From the NCBI RefSeq assembly GCF_963921235.1, contig NC_086097.1:44270001-44334000 (forward strand): a DNA stretch of 64,000 nt, written 5' to 3'. The notes under the pieces were generated by a model. The model did not search any database, was not told where the DNA came from, and saw only the letters and a program-made list of their open reading frames with translations. The DNA comes from Mobula hypostoma (lineage: Eukaryota). Shown one piece after another: positions 23,401 to 36,600 of the stretch. The position numbers and the translations under genes were made by a program. The first letter of the stretch is position 1; each line of letters starts with the position of its first letter.

Positions 23401-24690
23401 ACTTGGAAACTAGTGATAGAATAAGTCAAAGTCAGCATGGTTTCTGTGAAGGGAAATCTTGCCCGACAGATCTGTTAAAGTTCTTCGAAGAAGTAACAAG
23501 CAGGGTCAACAAAGGAGAGGCAGTGGATGTCATCTAGTTGGATTTTCAGAAGGCATTCGATAAGGTACCATGAGGCTGGTTAATAAGGTAAAATCCTATG
23601 GTGTTACAGGAAAGATACTGGCATAGCTGAGAAATGGCTGACAGGCAGGAGGCAATGAGTGGGAGTAAAAGGGGCCTTTCCTGGTTGGTTGCCAGTGACT
23701 AGTGGTGTTCCTCAGGGGTCAGTATTGGGACCGCTGCTTTTCACATCGTTTGTCAATGATTTGGATAATGGAATTGATGACTTTGTGGCAACGTTTGCAA
23801 ATGATACAAAGAGAGGTGGGGAGGGTAGGTAGTGTTGAGGAAGCAATGTGATGGCACAGGACTTAGACAAATTGGAAGAATGGGCAATGGAATACAGTGT
23901 TGTGAAATGTGTGATAATGCATTTAGGTAAGAGGAACAATAGTGTGGACTATCATCTAAATGGGGAGAAGGTTCAAATGTCAGAGGTGCAAAGGACTTAG
24001 GAGTCCCCGTGCAAGACTCTCAGAAGGTTAATTTATAGGTTGAGTCTGTGGTAAAGAAGGCAAATGCAATGTTGGCATTTACTTCAAGGGAAATAGAATA
24101 TAAAACCAAGGAGATGATGCTGAGCCTTTATAAGATACTAGTCAGGCCGCACTTGGAATATTGTCAACAGCTTTGGGCCTCATATCTCAGAAAGGATGTG
24201 TTGTCATTGGAGAGAGTCCAGAGGAGGTTCACAAGGATGATTTTGGAAGTGAAGGGGTTAACATACATTTGGCAGTTTTGGGCGTATACTCACTGGAATT
24301 TAGAAGAATGCATGGGGATCTCATTGAAACCTACCAAATGTTGAAAGGACTAGGTAAAGTAGATGTGGAGAAGATGTTTCCTATGGTGGGGGTATCCAGA
24401 ACTAGAGGGCACAGCCTCAAAATTGAGGGGCGACCCTTTAGAACAGAGGAAAGGAGGAATATTTTTAGCCAGAGAGTAGTAAATCTGTGGAATGTTCTGC
24501 AGTGGAAGCAAAGTCCGTGGGTATATTTAAGGCGGAAGTTGATAGTTTCCTGATCGGTCAGGGCATCAAAGGATATGGTGAGAAGGCAAGTGTATGAGGT
24601 TGAGTGGTATCTGGGATCAGCCACGGTGGAATGGCGGAGCAGACTTGATGGGCTGAATAGCCTAATTTTACTCCTATGTCTCATGGTCTT
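20440..24690 (+). mobile_element. Long decayed CR1 LINE ORF2 (APE endonuclease, RT, 3' UTR), interrupted at 21010-22480
   Basis: GITELWL...DRQEGIGGGVALLV endonuclease motifs; collinear continuation at 22481; TCTCATGG/TCTTAT tail near 24680. Confidence 0.88.
21010..22480 (+). mobile_element. Younger 5'-truncated CR1 nested in CR1; 320-aa RT ORF at 21118-22080
   Basis: YLDFQKAFDK, GVPQGSVLGP and KFADDTK motifs; (TCTTGTGA)n tail; TGAATT at 21004-21009 and 22481-22486. Confidence 0.92.
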
Positions 24691-25045
24691 ATACCTGTTC
24701 TAGAGCCTCTCCAATGTCTCCACATCCTTCCTATAAGGGGCAATCAGAACTGAATGGAGTACTCCAGATGTGGCCTAACTGGGTTTATAATGCTGTAACA
24801 TAACACCTTGACTCTTGCACTCAATGTCTCAACCAATAAAAGCAAGCATGCTACATGCCTTTACCACCCTTGTTCGGCCAGTTTCAGGGAGCTCTGGGCT
24901 TGGATCCAAAGATTCCTCTTCATATTATTGCATTACACGCAATCATGCCTTTATATTCCTGGCCACTTCACACTTGCTGAGATTAAACTCCCTCTGCAAC
25001 TGATCCATATCCTGCTGTATCTTTTATTTTGGTAACTTCAAGACT

Positions 25046-26256
25046 TGTATGTTGTATATCTGGATTTTCAGAAGGCCTTTGACAAGGTGCCACACATGAG
25101 GCTACTTAACAAGATAAGAGCCCATGGAATTATGGGAAAGTTACATACGTGGATAGAGCGTTGGCTGATTGGCAGGAAACAGAGAGTGGGAATAAAGGGA
25201 TCCTATTCTGGTTGGCTGCCGGTTACCAGTGGTGTTCCACAGGGGTCCGTGTTGGGGCCGCTTCTTTTTACATAGTACATCAACGATTTGGATTATGGAA
25301 TAGATGGCTTTGTGGCTAAGTTTGCTGACGATATGAAGGTAGGTGGAGGGGCCGGTAGTGCTAAGGAAATGGAGAGTCTGCAGAGAGACTTGGATAGATT
25401 GGAAGAATGGGCAGAGAAGTGGCAAATGAAGTACAATGTTGGAAAGTGTATGGTTATGCACTTTGGCAGAAAAAATAAACGGGCAGACTATTATTTAAAT
25501 GGGGAAAGAATTCAAAGTTCAGAGATGCAATGGGACTTGGGAGTCTTCGTACAGGATACCCTTAAAGTTAACCTCCAGGTTGAGTCAGTAGTGAAGAAGG
25601 CGAATGCAATGTTGGCATTCATTTTTAGAGGAAAAGAGTATAGGAGCAGGGATGTGATGTTGAGGCTCTATAAGGCGCTGGTGAGACCTCACTTGGAGTA
25701 CTGTGGGCAGTTTTGGTCTCTTTATTTAAGAAAGGATGTGCTGACGTTGGAGAGGGTACAGAGAAGATTCACTAGAATGATTTCGAGAATGAGAGGGTTA
25801 ACATATGAGGAACGTTTGTCCGCTCTTGGACTGTATTCCTTGGAGTTTAGAAGAATGAGGGGAGACCTCATAGAAACATTTCGAATGTTGAAAGGCATGG
25901 ACAGAGTGGATGTGGTAAAGTTGTTTCCCATGATGGGGGAGTCTAGTATGAGAGGGCATGACTTAAGGATTGTAAGGGCGCCCATTCAGAACAGAAATGC
26001 AAAGAAATATTTTTAGTCAGAGGGTGGTGAATCTATGGAATTTATTGCCACGGGCAGCAGTGGAGGCCAAGTCATTGGGTGTATTTAAGGCAGAGATTGA
26101 TATGTTTCTGAGTAGCCAGGGCATCAAAGGTTATGGTGAGAAGGCGGGGGAGTGGGACTAAATGGGAGAATGGATCAGCTCATGATAAAATGGCGGAGCA
26201 GACTCGATGGGCTGAATGGCCTACTTCTGCTCCTTTGTCTTATGGTCTTATGGTCT
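25046..26256 (+). mobile_element. 5'-truncated CR1 inserted in an older minus-strand CR1 fragment
   Basis: ORFs 25045-25275 and 25288-26016 with RT motifs and one stop; (TCTTATGG)n tail; minus CR1 flanks at about 24690-25045 and 26483-26580. Confidence 0.9.
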
Positions 26257-26317
26257 TACTTTAAACTAATTCAACAAAGGGGTCTGAAATGTGAGTCTAT
26301 TTTGGGTTTGCTGTAAT

Positions 26318-26482
26318 CAAGGCACGCCCAAATCACATGGTCACATAATGACATATGCAATTAACATTTTTATACATAACCCACAATAAATTATTTAAGT
26401 GAACAAGAATGCTTAATCAAACTATATATTATATATATATATAAGATTACTCAAATAATATTGCAATATTAAATACACAACA
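26318..26482 (-). mobile_element. LTR fragment of the 45352-48557 Gypsy family
   Basis: Shares AAGAATGCTTAATCAAAC and AATATTAAATACACA with 45352-45584. Confidence 0.65.
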
Positions 26483-29149
26483 CTATACACAATACTTCGG
26501 TAATCTTCTACGCCATACACAATACCACCAGTCAATGTGTCATCTACAAACTTACAAACCCATCCATCCATATTTTCTCTGGTCCTTCATTTCCAGAACT
26601 ATTCCAATTTCTCTCCTTGAACAATGGATCAACATTAGCTCCTCACTAGTCCTCTGGGACCTCACTTGTGGCTTTGTGTTTTTCTCTTTATGGGTTGTAA
26701 TCTGGTGCTATATATTTCCCTTAGTTGCATAAACCATATCTTTTATTAATATATAATACCTTCTCAAATGTCTTCCTGAACTCCAGCTACACAGAATCTG
26801 TTGCATCCATTAGTCATTGTGTCTGTTACTATCACAATGAATTCTAGTTAATTTATCGCTTAGGATTGTCTGGTTTAACCCCTTGTTGGACTGAGTCTTT
26901 TTAACTCCCCTTCTTAAAATTGAATACTTTATTAGATATTCTCCATGTTCTCGCACTTGACTGTACAGAAAGTTTTTTTTACCAGGGAGGGTGGGTGGGG
27001 AGGGGGTGGTCTCTGAAATCTTATTGCTATGCTCCAACAGATTTTGGGTATTAGTCTTTTTTTCTTTTAGCCTAACTAGGTTTAAATGCTAAGTAGAAGG
27101 CACTTAAGGTGAGAAATTCAAAGGAGATGTGAGGGACAAGTTCTTTTTAAGAGGGTGGAACTTGTATCCCAGCTGGAATTCGGGTGGTCAGTAAGCATCC
27201 AGCATATACAGTATAATACAGAGATGACATTTTTAATTCCTTCAGAAACATAATTAAAATCTGGCTATATTTCAAAAGCACATTGTGATAAACAAGGTTT
27301 TTACATGTGCGTGTTATATCATCTTAAATTCTGCATTGATGTTCACAAGCCACAGGGCTTCTATTGGTTTCAGATATTTGTTTCAGCAAGTTATAGGAAT
27401 AACCACCATATTTTGACAGGCTGAAGGCAATTAATCTGTGTGTGAACTTTGCTCGCTGTCAGGCAGGAATAAATTTAATATGATAATATTGATTGAATGT
27501 GGAGTCATTGATGTTGTTCTGCCAAAAGTGACCTAGTTAGCTGGTTGAAGATTATGTTAATTCCCAGACATCGCAGTAATTCAAAGTACAGATAAATGAA
27601 TCAGTCAACACCAGGCACCTTAATTGATCTGTCTTCCCCCTGTAGTAATTTTCAAAGAGTCATAAAAATGCACACAGGGATACATTCAGACCATTGAATT
27701 TATTTTAAATCTTTTGAAGTGTATTCACATTTATCTCACTTCTTCACTCTCCATTTTCTGCAATGTTTCCTCCTTTGTGTATTTCTTTATTTTCCCTTTG
27801 AAGCTACCATTCTGTCTGTATCCACTAGTATGCGTAAATTCTTCTGCCTATCAGATTTGATTCTTTTATTAGTCACTTCAAAGCTCTGCCTTTTGCTTAT
27901 CAGTCACTCAGCCATTGAAAGTAATTTAAGAAAAGAATTCATCATTGGTCAGAAGCCTTAAACATATGCAAGATTATTGGCCTCACCCTCAAAAGAAACA
28001 GAGACAACCGGATGCCAATATTTGTGCATGAATTTAGCACTATGAACCAAAAACAAAAATCTCCAAATTGCTCTTTGCTCACTCTACCTAAACCCTTCAT
28101 AATTCTAAACACCACGAGAAACTAGGGTTGCGTTTTTTTAATGGGTAGCATAAGTGAAGGTGTTACAGATTCATCTGGTGCTTTTGGTTGATATTGCTAA
28201 ATCGTAGCATCACAGCATTTTAAAGAATAAGTCAGAAAAGATTCGAAGATTCAAAGTACATTTATGATCAAAGAATGGGTAATTATAAAGAACCATTAGA
28301 TTTGTGTGCTATTAAGGGATTGAAGTCTGGGCATTTTTCACTGGAGCTGAGAAGCTGAAGGTGACCTCTCTGAGATCTACAACATTGTGATATTTGTTAT
28401 AAGGTAAATATTGTCTCGTTACCAGCAAGGTGGTAATGAAACTATAAACCAGTTAATCCTACATCCAACAAAATGATTAAAGAATATTTTCTTATGCAGA
28501 GGTTATAGAACTGACTGATCTTAATGCAGTGTTTTCACATACATTTGCAAAAGGCTGTTTTGCTGAAACAAACCAGTGGAACTTTGAATGATCCTGGGAT
28601 TAAATTTGGTCATGAGTGTCAAGAACACCAATATCAATTGGAAAGAATAATGATCTACCATTGTACTGTAACATTTTACAATTGTAAATGGTGGACAACC
28701 ATTTGTTTCCTAAAAGATCACTAGTCTGTCAGGAAAGAGAAATGAATGAAGTAACAGAGTTGCTGTTCTTATAATATTGAGGAGACAAATTCATTTTAAG
28801 ATAAATTAAGCACTATAATTGTTTAAATTACAAGAAAATGTTGTCAACAGGTTGGTAACGTGTGTTTCTCACTCTTAGATCAGAATCAGAATCAGGTTTA
28901 ATATCATTGGCATATGTTGTGAAACAAAAATTAGAGCCATATAATCAGACAAGTTCTGCACAGGACCCTTGGCCCAGCATGTCCTTGCCAACCATCAAGT
29001 ACTCATCTATATTCGTCCCATTTACTGATACTTGGTCCAGAGCCTTCTGAGCCTTAGCATTCAAGTGCTCATCCAGATACTTCTTAAGATTCTGCCTTCA
29101 CCACCGTCTCAGGGGATGGCTCCAAATTACAACCACTTTTTGAGTGGTT

Positions 29150-29880
29150 TCAGATGTAATTGACTTATTATTGTCAAAGATACCAAGACACAGTGAAAGG
29201 CTTTGTTTTGCAGTTTGTTTGATACAAAAGGTCATTGAGGTAGAACAAAAGTAAAGACAATAACAGAATGCCGAATATTGTATTGTAGCTACGAAGGAAG
29301 TGAAATGCAGGTCAACAAATATGGTGCAGTGGATTGAGAGGCCGTTTGAGAGATCGAGAGTTCATCTTGATTATACAAGTGGTTTGTTCTTGAGTTTTAT
29401 AAAGGAAGCTGTCCTTGAGCCCTGTGGAGAGTGTTCTCAGGCTTTTATATCTTCTGTCTGATGGATGAGGGAGAAGAGAGAATGACCAGGGTGTTTTGGG
29501 TCCTTGAGAATGCTGGCTACTTCCCGAGGCAGTGGGATGTGTCACTGAAGGGGAGGCTGGTTTTCAGGTTGGACTGGGCTACGTTCACAACTCTCTGCAA
29601 ATTCTTACAGTCTTGGGCACAGCATTTACCATATCAAACTGCGATGTGTCCATATAAGATAATTTCCATGGTGCAGATATAAAATAGGTGACATGCCAAA
29701 TTTTCGTAGCCTTCTGAGGAAGTGGAGGCATTTGTGTGCTCTCTTGGCTACAGCAACATGGTTGGAACAGGACAAATGGATAAAACTTACACGCACAACT
29801 TGTTTTCAGCCTTCACCACAGCACGGTGATGCAGAGAGCGGTACGTACTCCACCCAGCTTGCTGAAGTCAATGACCAGCA
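29150..29880 (-). mobile_element. Rex1/Babar LINE 3' fragment
   Basis: Minus ORF FSLLPHPSDRRYKSLRTLSTGLKDSF; similar to 59480-60340. Confidence 0.65.
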
Positions 29881-30345
29881 TTCTATTATTGCATTACAAT
29901 AGATGCAATTTATTTTCCCAATCCTGCCGTGTTTACTCTGCCTGATGGAGCAACTGGATTATTCTCATGAAAACTGGGGAAATAAATGGCAAAAATAGTA
30001 CAAAGTGAACATAGTATTATAAAAACAAAGTTGGAACATAATGTGTCAGTGGCCATATCTTAAAATATGAGAATAAAAATATTAATAAATCAGAAAAGTT
30101 AACCAGGATATGTTAATGGGCTTTACTAACCTTCTCCGTTTTTCCTTCTCGTTGGAAGGACTTACCTCTCCAGGTACCAAATTAAAACACTGTAATGTAC
30201 TGAATCATTAAGAAACTATAATAACAACAATAGGTATGTTCTTTGGTGCAATCCCTATCGCAGACTAAATGCCAGCATATTCCCATGACCAGGTCTAAAG
30301 CCTCATTTTCATGAGTGAAAGGCAGCTCAACTGGTCATTTGGCAC

Positions 30346-30411
30346 CAACGACAGAGTTGGCACAACTATATACCTGTGCAATGACAGAGTTGGCACAACT
30401 ATATACCCGTG
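30346..30411. repeat. 33-bp tandem duplication
   Basis: CAAYGACAGAGTTGGCACAACTATATACCYGTG twice, 2 mismatches. Confidence 0.85.
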
Positions 30412-31589
30412 CCTCCCACTGTAGAAGGAAATTACCAGAGGAACAAGGCTCCAACTGGTGTACAGCACACAGCTGAGCTAGATTGCTTGCTAGGGTAGCA
30501 TCAACATATGATATTTGATGTGGGGATGTGATGCAACTTCCTGCTCCTCTTGGCTACACATGTATTGGCCAAGGCTGGTTAATTGGAAATCGAGTCTAGC
30601 TATAATATAGATAAGTGCTGTAAAACTGTCACAATAGATTTTCTTATCATGCTGTCTGTGTATATACCTGAAGAGTGGATTTATAGCTTCAGTAAAATGC
30701 ACTCTTGCATTCTAAATCATAGAACAGTTAAATTAACTGGATCATTCTGACAGCTATTCTTTCAGGCCATCAATCAGTGTGATTTATTACTGTGAAGAAA
30801 ATGGCATCTTTTATTCCATCCTCTCCTGGGCAGTAATCCTACTGACATAGGATAGCCTTGAAGGATTAATGTTATTAAGTGATCTGATAGCTGGTAGAAC
30901 TGTACCCTTACTAATTTGTTCACCTTCACAATACAAGCTTCTTCGGGATTGTTTTGAAGTAGATCCATTGATTTGTTCCAAAGCAGATGGATCTTTATTG
31001 TGGAAATTCAATGAGATTTACCTTCCATTTACATTAGTGCTCTGGCAATCTTTTAATGGTGAAATGAATTGTGAGTGAATGCTTGGGTTAAAGTGGTCTC
31101 AATAGTAGAATTACAAGTAGTTTAATTTACATTCTCAAAGAGAAATGTCTTGGTAATAAATTGCTTAAATAAATGCTTTGAGTATTTTCTGTTCTGCAAT
31201 CTTTGTTTCATAACTTTATGAATGTCCATTGATAAGACAAAGGGATCACAGTTGAATATAAGCTTTTTATTAGACAATTTAAATTTGAATTCAGACATTA
31301 CATGAACAGCACTAGCTCAACTGGGTAAGATAAGACAGTTCAAAGGAATGCTCGAGAGTCTGAAACACACTTCCTTGTGATTCACACAGCATGAGCCAAA
31401 GCAAAGTTCCGTGAATGGAAATTGCTTTGAAATACCATTTATGTTCTCATGGGTTTTGTGGTGACAGTGAGAGTAATATAAAACAGTGCACTTAATAACC
31501 ACTCATCAAAAAGCCTGTTACTCTGCATTGCTGTGCTTTGTATAACTAATGTTATTATGTACCCAATATTTATTTTTACTTTGAGATTC

Positions 31590-31800
31590 AGCATGATGAC
31601 AAGTCTTCCTGTCCCAATGAGTCTGTGCTGCCCAATTATTCCCATTAGACCAATTAATCTAGTCACCTGTACATCTTTGGAATGTGGGAGGAAACTGGAT
31701 CACCCTGAGGAAACCCACACAGTCAAGGAAAGGACGTATGAACTCCTTACAGACAGCATTAGAATTGAACCCTGGTCGCTGGTGCTCTAATAGTGTTATG
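31590..31800 (-). mobile_element. V-SINE (HE1-like) fragment
   Basis: CTTTGGAATGTGGGAGGAAACTGGA...GAGGAAACCCACACAGTCA core; same family as 43215-43490. Confidence 0.7.
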
Positions 31801-33001
31801 CTTTCAGAAAGCAAAATAAAAGACATGAAGATAAGATTAAGCTGTGAAAAAATCTCTACAAATACTGTCCAAATAAATGCAAATGAAAAAATTCTATCAA
31901 TATTTTACTAACAACACATTAGCTATAATTTCACAGATTGAAATAGTAATTTGTGGACACCATTTTCTTAAAAGCAAAGATTCAATAGTTCTACAAATAG
32001 GCCTAAAAACAGTCTGACATTAGAATTCCTTATGTTCTTTAATAACCTGATAGTTTTTCACCCCCATCTTCATGTCTATGACCTGCCGATGTTCAAAGTA
32101 AATTTATTATCAAAGTACATATATGTCACCGTGTACAACTGAGATTCACTTTCTTGCAGACAATCACGATAAATACAATGGAATCAAAGAAAGACCACAC
32201 CGCACAGGACGAACAACAGCCAATGTTCAAAAAAGAAACAACAAACTGTGCAAACATAAAAAGAAAGAGACAGAAGAGATAATAATGATAAATCAGCAAT
32301 AAATATTGAGGACATGAGATGAAGTGTCCTTGAAAGTGAGTCCACTTCAGTTCAGTGGGAACAGATGTAGAAGATTAGGAATCGTTTTGGAATTCATTGG
32401 CCTTGGATCTCTTGCAGTTAATTCCAATATTACCACTGACTGAATGCGATGTTTTGGATCCCTAGTAAAACTGGCATCAGGCTGGTAGTCCGGGTCCAAC
32501 ACATTATTCTCCGTAACTTCCGCCACCTCCAACGGGATCCCACCACTAAGCACAACTTTCCTTCCCCCCCCCACCGCTTTCCGCAGGGATCGCTCCCTGT
32601 GGGACTCCCTTGTCCATTCATCCCACCCATCCCTCCCCACCGTTTTCCCTCCCGGCACTTATCCTTGTAAGCGGAACAAGTGCTACACATGCCCTTACAC
32701 TTCCTCCCTCACCACCATTCAGGGCCCCAGACAGTCCTTCCAGGTGAGGCGACACTTCACCTGTGAGTCGGCTGGGTGATATACTGCGTCCGGTGCTCCC
32801 GATGTGGCCTTCTATATATTGGCGAGACCCAACGCAGACTGGGAGATCGTTTCGCTGAACACCTACACTCTGTCTGCCAGAGAAAGCAGGATCTCCCAGT
32901 GGCCACACAACAGGAATTATGCAGATGCTGGAAATTCAAGCAACACACATCAAAGTAGCTGGTGAACGCAGCAGGCCGGGCAGCATCTCTAGGAAGAGGT
33001 A

Positions 33002-33038
33002 CAGTCGACATTTCAGGCCGAGACCCTTCGTCAGGACT
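33002..33038 (-). ncRNA. Minimal hammerhead ribozyme motif in inverted pLTR copy (32910-33037)
   Basis: Minus strand AGTC-CTGACGA-A-GGGTCTCGGCCT-GAAA-TGTC-GACT. Confidence 0.65.
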
Positions 33039-33497
33039 CTCCCAGTGGCCACACATTTTAATTCCACGTCCCATTCCCATTCTGATATGTCTATCCACAG
33101 CTTCCTCTATTGTAAAGATGAAGCCACACTCAGGTTGAAGGAACAACACCTCATATTCCGTCTGGGTAGCCTCCAACCTGATGGCATGAACATTGACTTC
33201 TGAAACTTCCACTAATGCCCCACCTCCCCCTCGTACCCATCCGTTATTTATTTATATACACACATTCTTTATCTCTCTCTCCTTTTTCTCCCACTGTCCC
33301 TCTCTCTATACCACTTGCCCATCCTCTGGGCATCCTCCCTCCCCCTTTTCTATCTCCCCAGGCCTCCTGTCCCATGATCCTCTCATATCCCTTTTGCCAA
33401 TCAACTCTTGGCTCCATCCCTCCCCCTCCTGTCTTCTCCTATCATTTTGGATCTCCCCCTCCCCCTCTCAAATCTCTTACTAACTCTTCCTTCAGTT

Positions 33498-33533
33498 AGT
33501 CCTGATGAAGGGTCTCGGCCTGAAATGTCGACT
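33498..33533 (+). ncRNA. Minimal type I hammerhead ribozyme motif in Penelope pLTR
   Basis: AGTC-CTGATGA-A-GGGTCTCGGCCT-GAAA-TGTC-GACT: stem I AGTC/GACT, conserved core boxes, stem II hairpin. Confidence 0.7.
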
Positions 33534-33589
33534 GTACCTCTTCCTAGAGATGCTGCCTGGCCTGCTGCGTTCACCAGCTACTTTTAAGG

Positions 33590-34065
33590 GGATAGGCTGA
33601 GACTGTTTTCTCTGGCGAAAAGGAGGTTGAGGAGTGATGTTATAGAAGTTTGTAAAATTATGAGGGCACAGATAGGCTAGGTAGTCAGCCAGGGAGTTAA
33701 AAAATAAAGGGCATATTTATGGTGAGAGTGGTAAGAATTAAAGGGGATCTGAGGGGCAGGTTTATTTTCCCACACAGACGGTGATTGGATTATGGAACAA
33801 GTTGCCAGGGGAAGTGCGAGAGGTGGGTACAACTACAATGTTTAAAAGAGATTTTGATAAATACCTGAATAGGAAAGGTCTAAAGCAGGGGTTCCCAACC
33901 TGGGGTCCACAGACCCCTCGTTTCATGGTCCATGGTCTTATAAAGGTTGGGAATCCCTGGTTCAGAGGGATAGTGTCCAAATGCAGGCTAATGGGAGTAG
34001 CTGAGACAGATATCTTGGTCCGCAAGGATCAGTTGGGCTGAAGAGCTTGTTTCCATGTTGTTTAA
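33590..34065 (+). mobile_element. CR1 3' fragment carrying a 74-bp hAT MITE
   Basis: ORF 33781 (GLWNKLPGEVREVGTTTMFKRDFDKYL) matches the CR1 C-terminus. Confidence 0.7.
33886..33959. mobile_element. hAT/Charlie-type MITE (74 bp)
   Basis: TIR CAGGGGTTCCCAACCT / AGGTTGGGAATCCCTG; degenerate 8-bp TSD GTCTAAAG / GTTCAGAG. Confidence 0.75.
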
Positions 34066-35562
34066 TTTTACGAATTTAAGGCAACAACTGAAGATAGTTG
34101 TGGTTGTGAGATCAGGCACCCTCACCCCAGAAACATCACTGCAGGAATTCCAACTATCTTCAGTTGCTTCATCAAAAACCTTGCTTCCACTAGAAGTTGG
34201 GAAGCAGAGATGTTTATTGACAGTTGCACAACAGACAGTGCCGTTCATAACTCTTGAGAAACTCAGTTTCTCACTTAGTTGAAGTTATAAACAGAACTAT
34301 CATTTATTTGTTTTGCATAGATAATTCATTAATCTTACATCAGCTTCATAAGGAATTATAACTGAAACTTGGAAGCTGTAGTATATTATAAACGTGCATA
34401 GTATTGGTGAATCAATGGGTTGTAAATTTTTATGGTAAGAACAGAGATTGGAGATGAAGATCAGTTAACACACCACGTTGCTGGAAATGTAGGTCGTATA
34501 ATGCTGAATGCAAGTACTTAACCTTTTGACAACGCTAGTATTATTCTTTACTAATATTATATTATTTGCAGATTTTACAAATAAATTTGGTCCCAATTAG
34601 TTCCTTAAGGTTGTTACAGCCAGGGGTAGTAATGGGGACAAGCTCCCACTACCTTTATCCTGCCTCTGGCGTTAATACACAACAAAAAGCATGTAGAACT
34701 CACTGATAATAGCCTTCCTGTCAAAAAAAAGTCCACTCTCTCTTTGCTACTGAGCCAATTTTGCATCCAATTTGCCATTCTCCCTTGGATCACATGACTA
34801 ATGTTGCTTTTGGTCCAGTTTGCTGTATGGGACTTTGTCAAAAGCTCTGCTAAAATCAAGGTAAACCACATCAAAATCTTCCCCTCTCCTCAACTCACAA
34901 GATCTGTAGCTTCAAATGGTTTGTTTTTATATCCAACTAAATTGCCGTGTCTGTTGCAGTCTTTTGAGACTGCGAAACTTGGAAGCATTTTATTATCAAA
35001 GGAGGCACTTCCTGAACTGATCCTTTTTTTCATGCCCCACAATGAACCTACAGAAATACAATTAGCTCATTCCTGTGGACCCAACTTTACCGAACATGCC
35101 CAGGTCATCCTTACATTCCATGCACAACCAGAGGTTAAAATATTTTAAAATTCCATCTCCCGTATCTTACCTGCAGATTTCTTGGCAGCTTATATTTTAA
35201 TTATTCCATAATTAGTTTATTTGCCAAACTGTCATAAAAGGCAGGCAAAAAACCTGGTAAATACTTGTGTTCCAGCCTGATGAAATCATCAGCATCATAA
35301 AGTAAAATTATACAGTGTTAGGGGACTGGTGTGCTCTCAGGGCTGGCTACGGATGTAGCAAGGATTGGCTTCTTTCGGCTGTTCAAAGGCATCTCTCAGC
35401 CTTCCCCCTTCTCTTCCTGCCACCCATCCTGCTGGAAGTCCCTCAATGCTCCGATCACCTGTAAAACAGTCTCTACAGGTCCGTTGGTAATATTAATTGG
35501 TCAATAAATACTTATTCCTAACCACTAAATTACTCTTCCTGCCTACTGACCTGGCAATTAAT

Positions 35563-35762
35563 CTGGAGGAACTCAGCAGGTCAGGCAGACTATGGAAAAG
35601 AGTAAACAGTCGACATTTTGGGCCGAGATCTTTCGTCAGGACGTGAAGAAGGGTCTCGGCCGTTTATTCGTCTTCATTGATCCTGCCTGATATGCTGAGT
35701 CCCTTCAGGATTTTGTGTGTATTACTGTGGATTTCCAACACCTGCAGAATCTCTTGTGTTTG
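35563..35762 (+). mobile_element. Penelope pLTR fold-back mini-element (decayed)
   Basis: CTGGAGGAACTCAGCAGG arm, minus-strand CTGACGAAAG...CAAAATGTCGAC remnant, then TGAAGAAGGGTCTCGGCC and the family 3' tail. Confidence 0.75.
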
Positions 35763-36034
35763 GGATTTAATTTGATTGGGATTCAGTAAAAAGTTAGTTA
35801 AATGAGGATTTTCTTGGTTTGCTATGCATTTTCTAGCTCTCGCGGTAATACTGGGGCCTGTGGCTCTAATACATCTTGAACCTCTTGCTTCATCTTTTCG
35901 AACTTTGGCCTAAAAGTTTGATATTGAAGTCAAGTAACATTTACATGATGTGTCATTTAAATATATCAAAAGGACTGGAGGCTTGCACTTTAACTAATCT
36001 GCAATAATTCAAGTAAGGCATCTCACAGTCAGTA

Positions 36035-36600
36035 TTAGAATAAGAATCAGATTTAATATCACTGGCATATGTCATGTTGTTAAGTGGCAGCAGTACATTG
36101 CAATATAAAATGATAAAACTCTAAATTATAAAAAGAAATATGAATATAAATCAAATAAATGATGCAAACAAATCAAAAAAAAGCAAGGTAGTGTTCCTTG
36201 GTTCATTGTCCATTCAGAAATCTGATGGAGGAGGGGAAGAAGCTGTTCCTGAAGCACTGAGTGTGAATCTTCAGGCTCCTGTATCTCCTCCTTGGTGGTA
36301 GCAATGAGAAGAGGGCATGCCCTGGGTGATGGGGGTCCTTAATAATGGATGCTGCCTTTTTAAGGTATCAGCTTTCGAAAGTGCCCTGGGTGCTGAGGAG
36401 ATCAGTGCCCATGATGGAGCTGGCTGAGTTTACCACTTTCTGCAGTTTTGTTTCCGATCCTGTGCAGTGGCCTCTCCATACCAGACGGTGTTGCAGCCAG
36501 TTAGAATGCTCTCCGCAGTACATCTGTAGAAATTTGTGAGAGTCTTTGGTGACATATCGAGTATCCTCAAACTCCCAATGAAATATAGCTGCTGTTGTGC
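36035..36600 (-). mobile_element. Rex1/Babar LINE 3' fragment
   Basis: Similar to 3944-4780; AGAATAAGAATCAG tail; KLQKVVNSASSIMGTDL. Confidence 0.75.

Larger units (their letters stand above)
32480..33585 (+). mobile_element. 5'-truncated Penelope-like element: GIY-YIG endonuclease remnant, pyrimidine-rich 3' UTR and pLTR
   Basis: CKRNKCYTC; VIYCVRCSRCGLLYIGETQRRLGDRFAEH; PVATHFN; EQHLIFRLGSLQPDGMN; pLTR at 33498-33585. Confidence 0.9.

Noticed and set aside
30346..30411. 33-bp repeat of CRISPR-repeat length
   Set aside because: Two adjacent copies with no spacer, no cas genes, and eukaryotic context
35171..35458. Minus-strand segment with good acceptor and donor (TTTTACAG|...CAG|GTAAG)
   Set aside because: Stops in all frames; could be a non-coding exon but unsupported without RNA data
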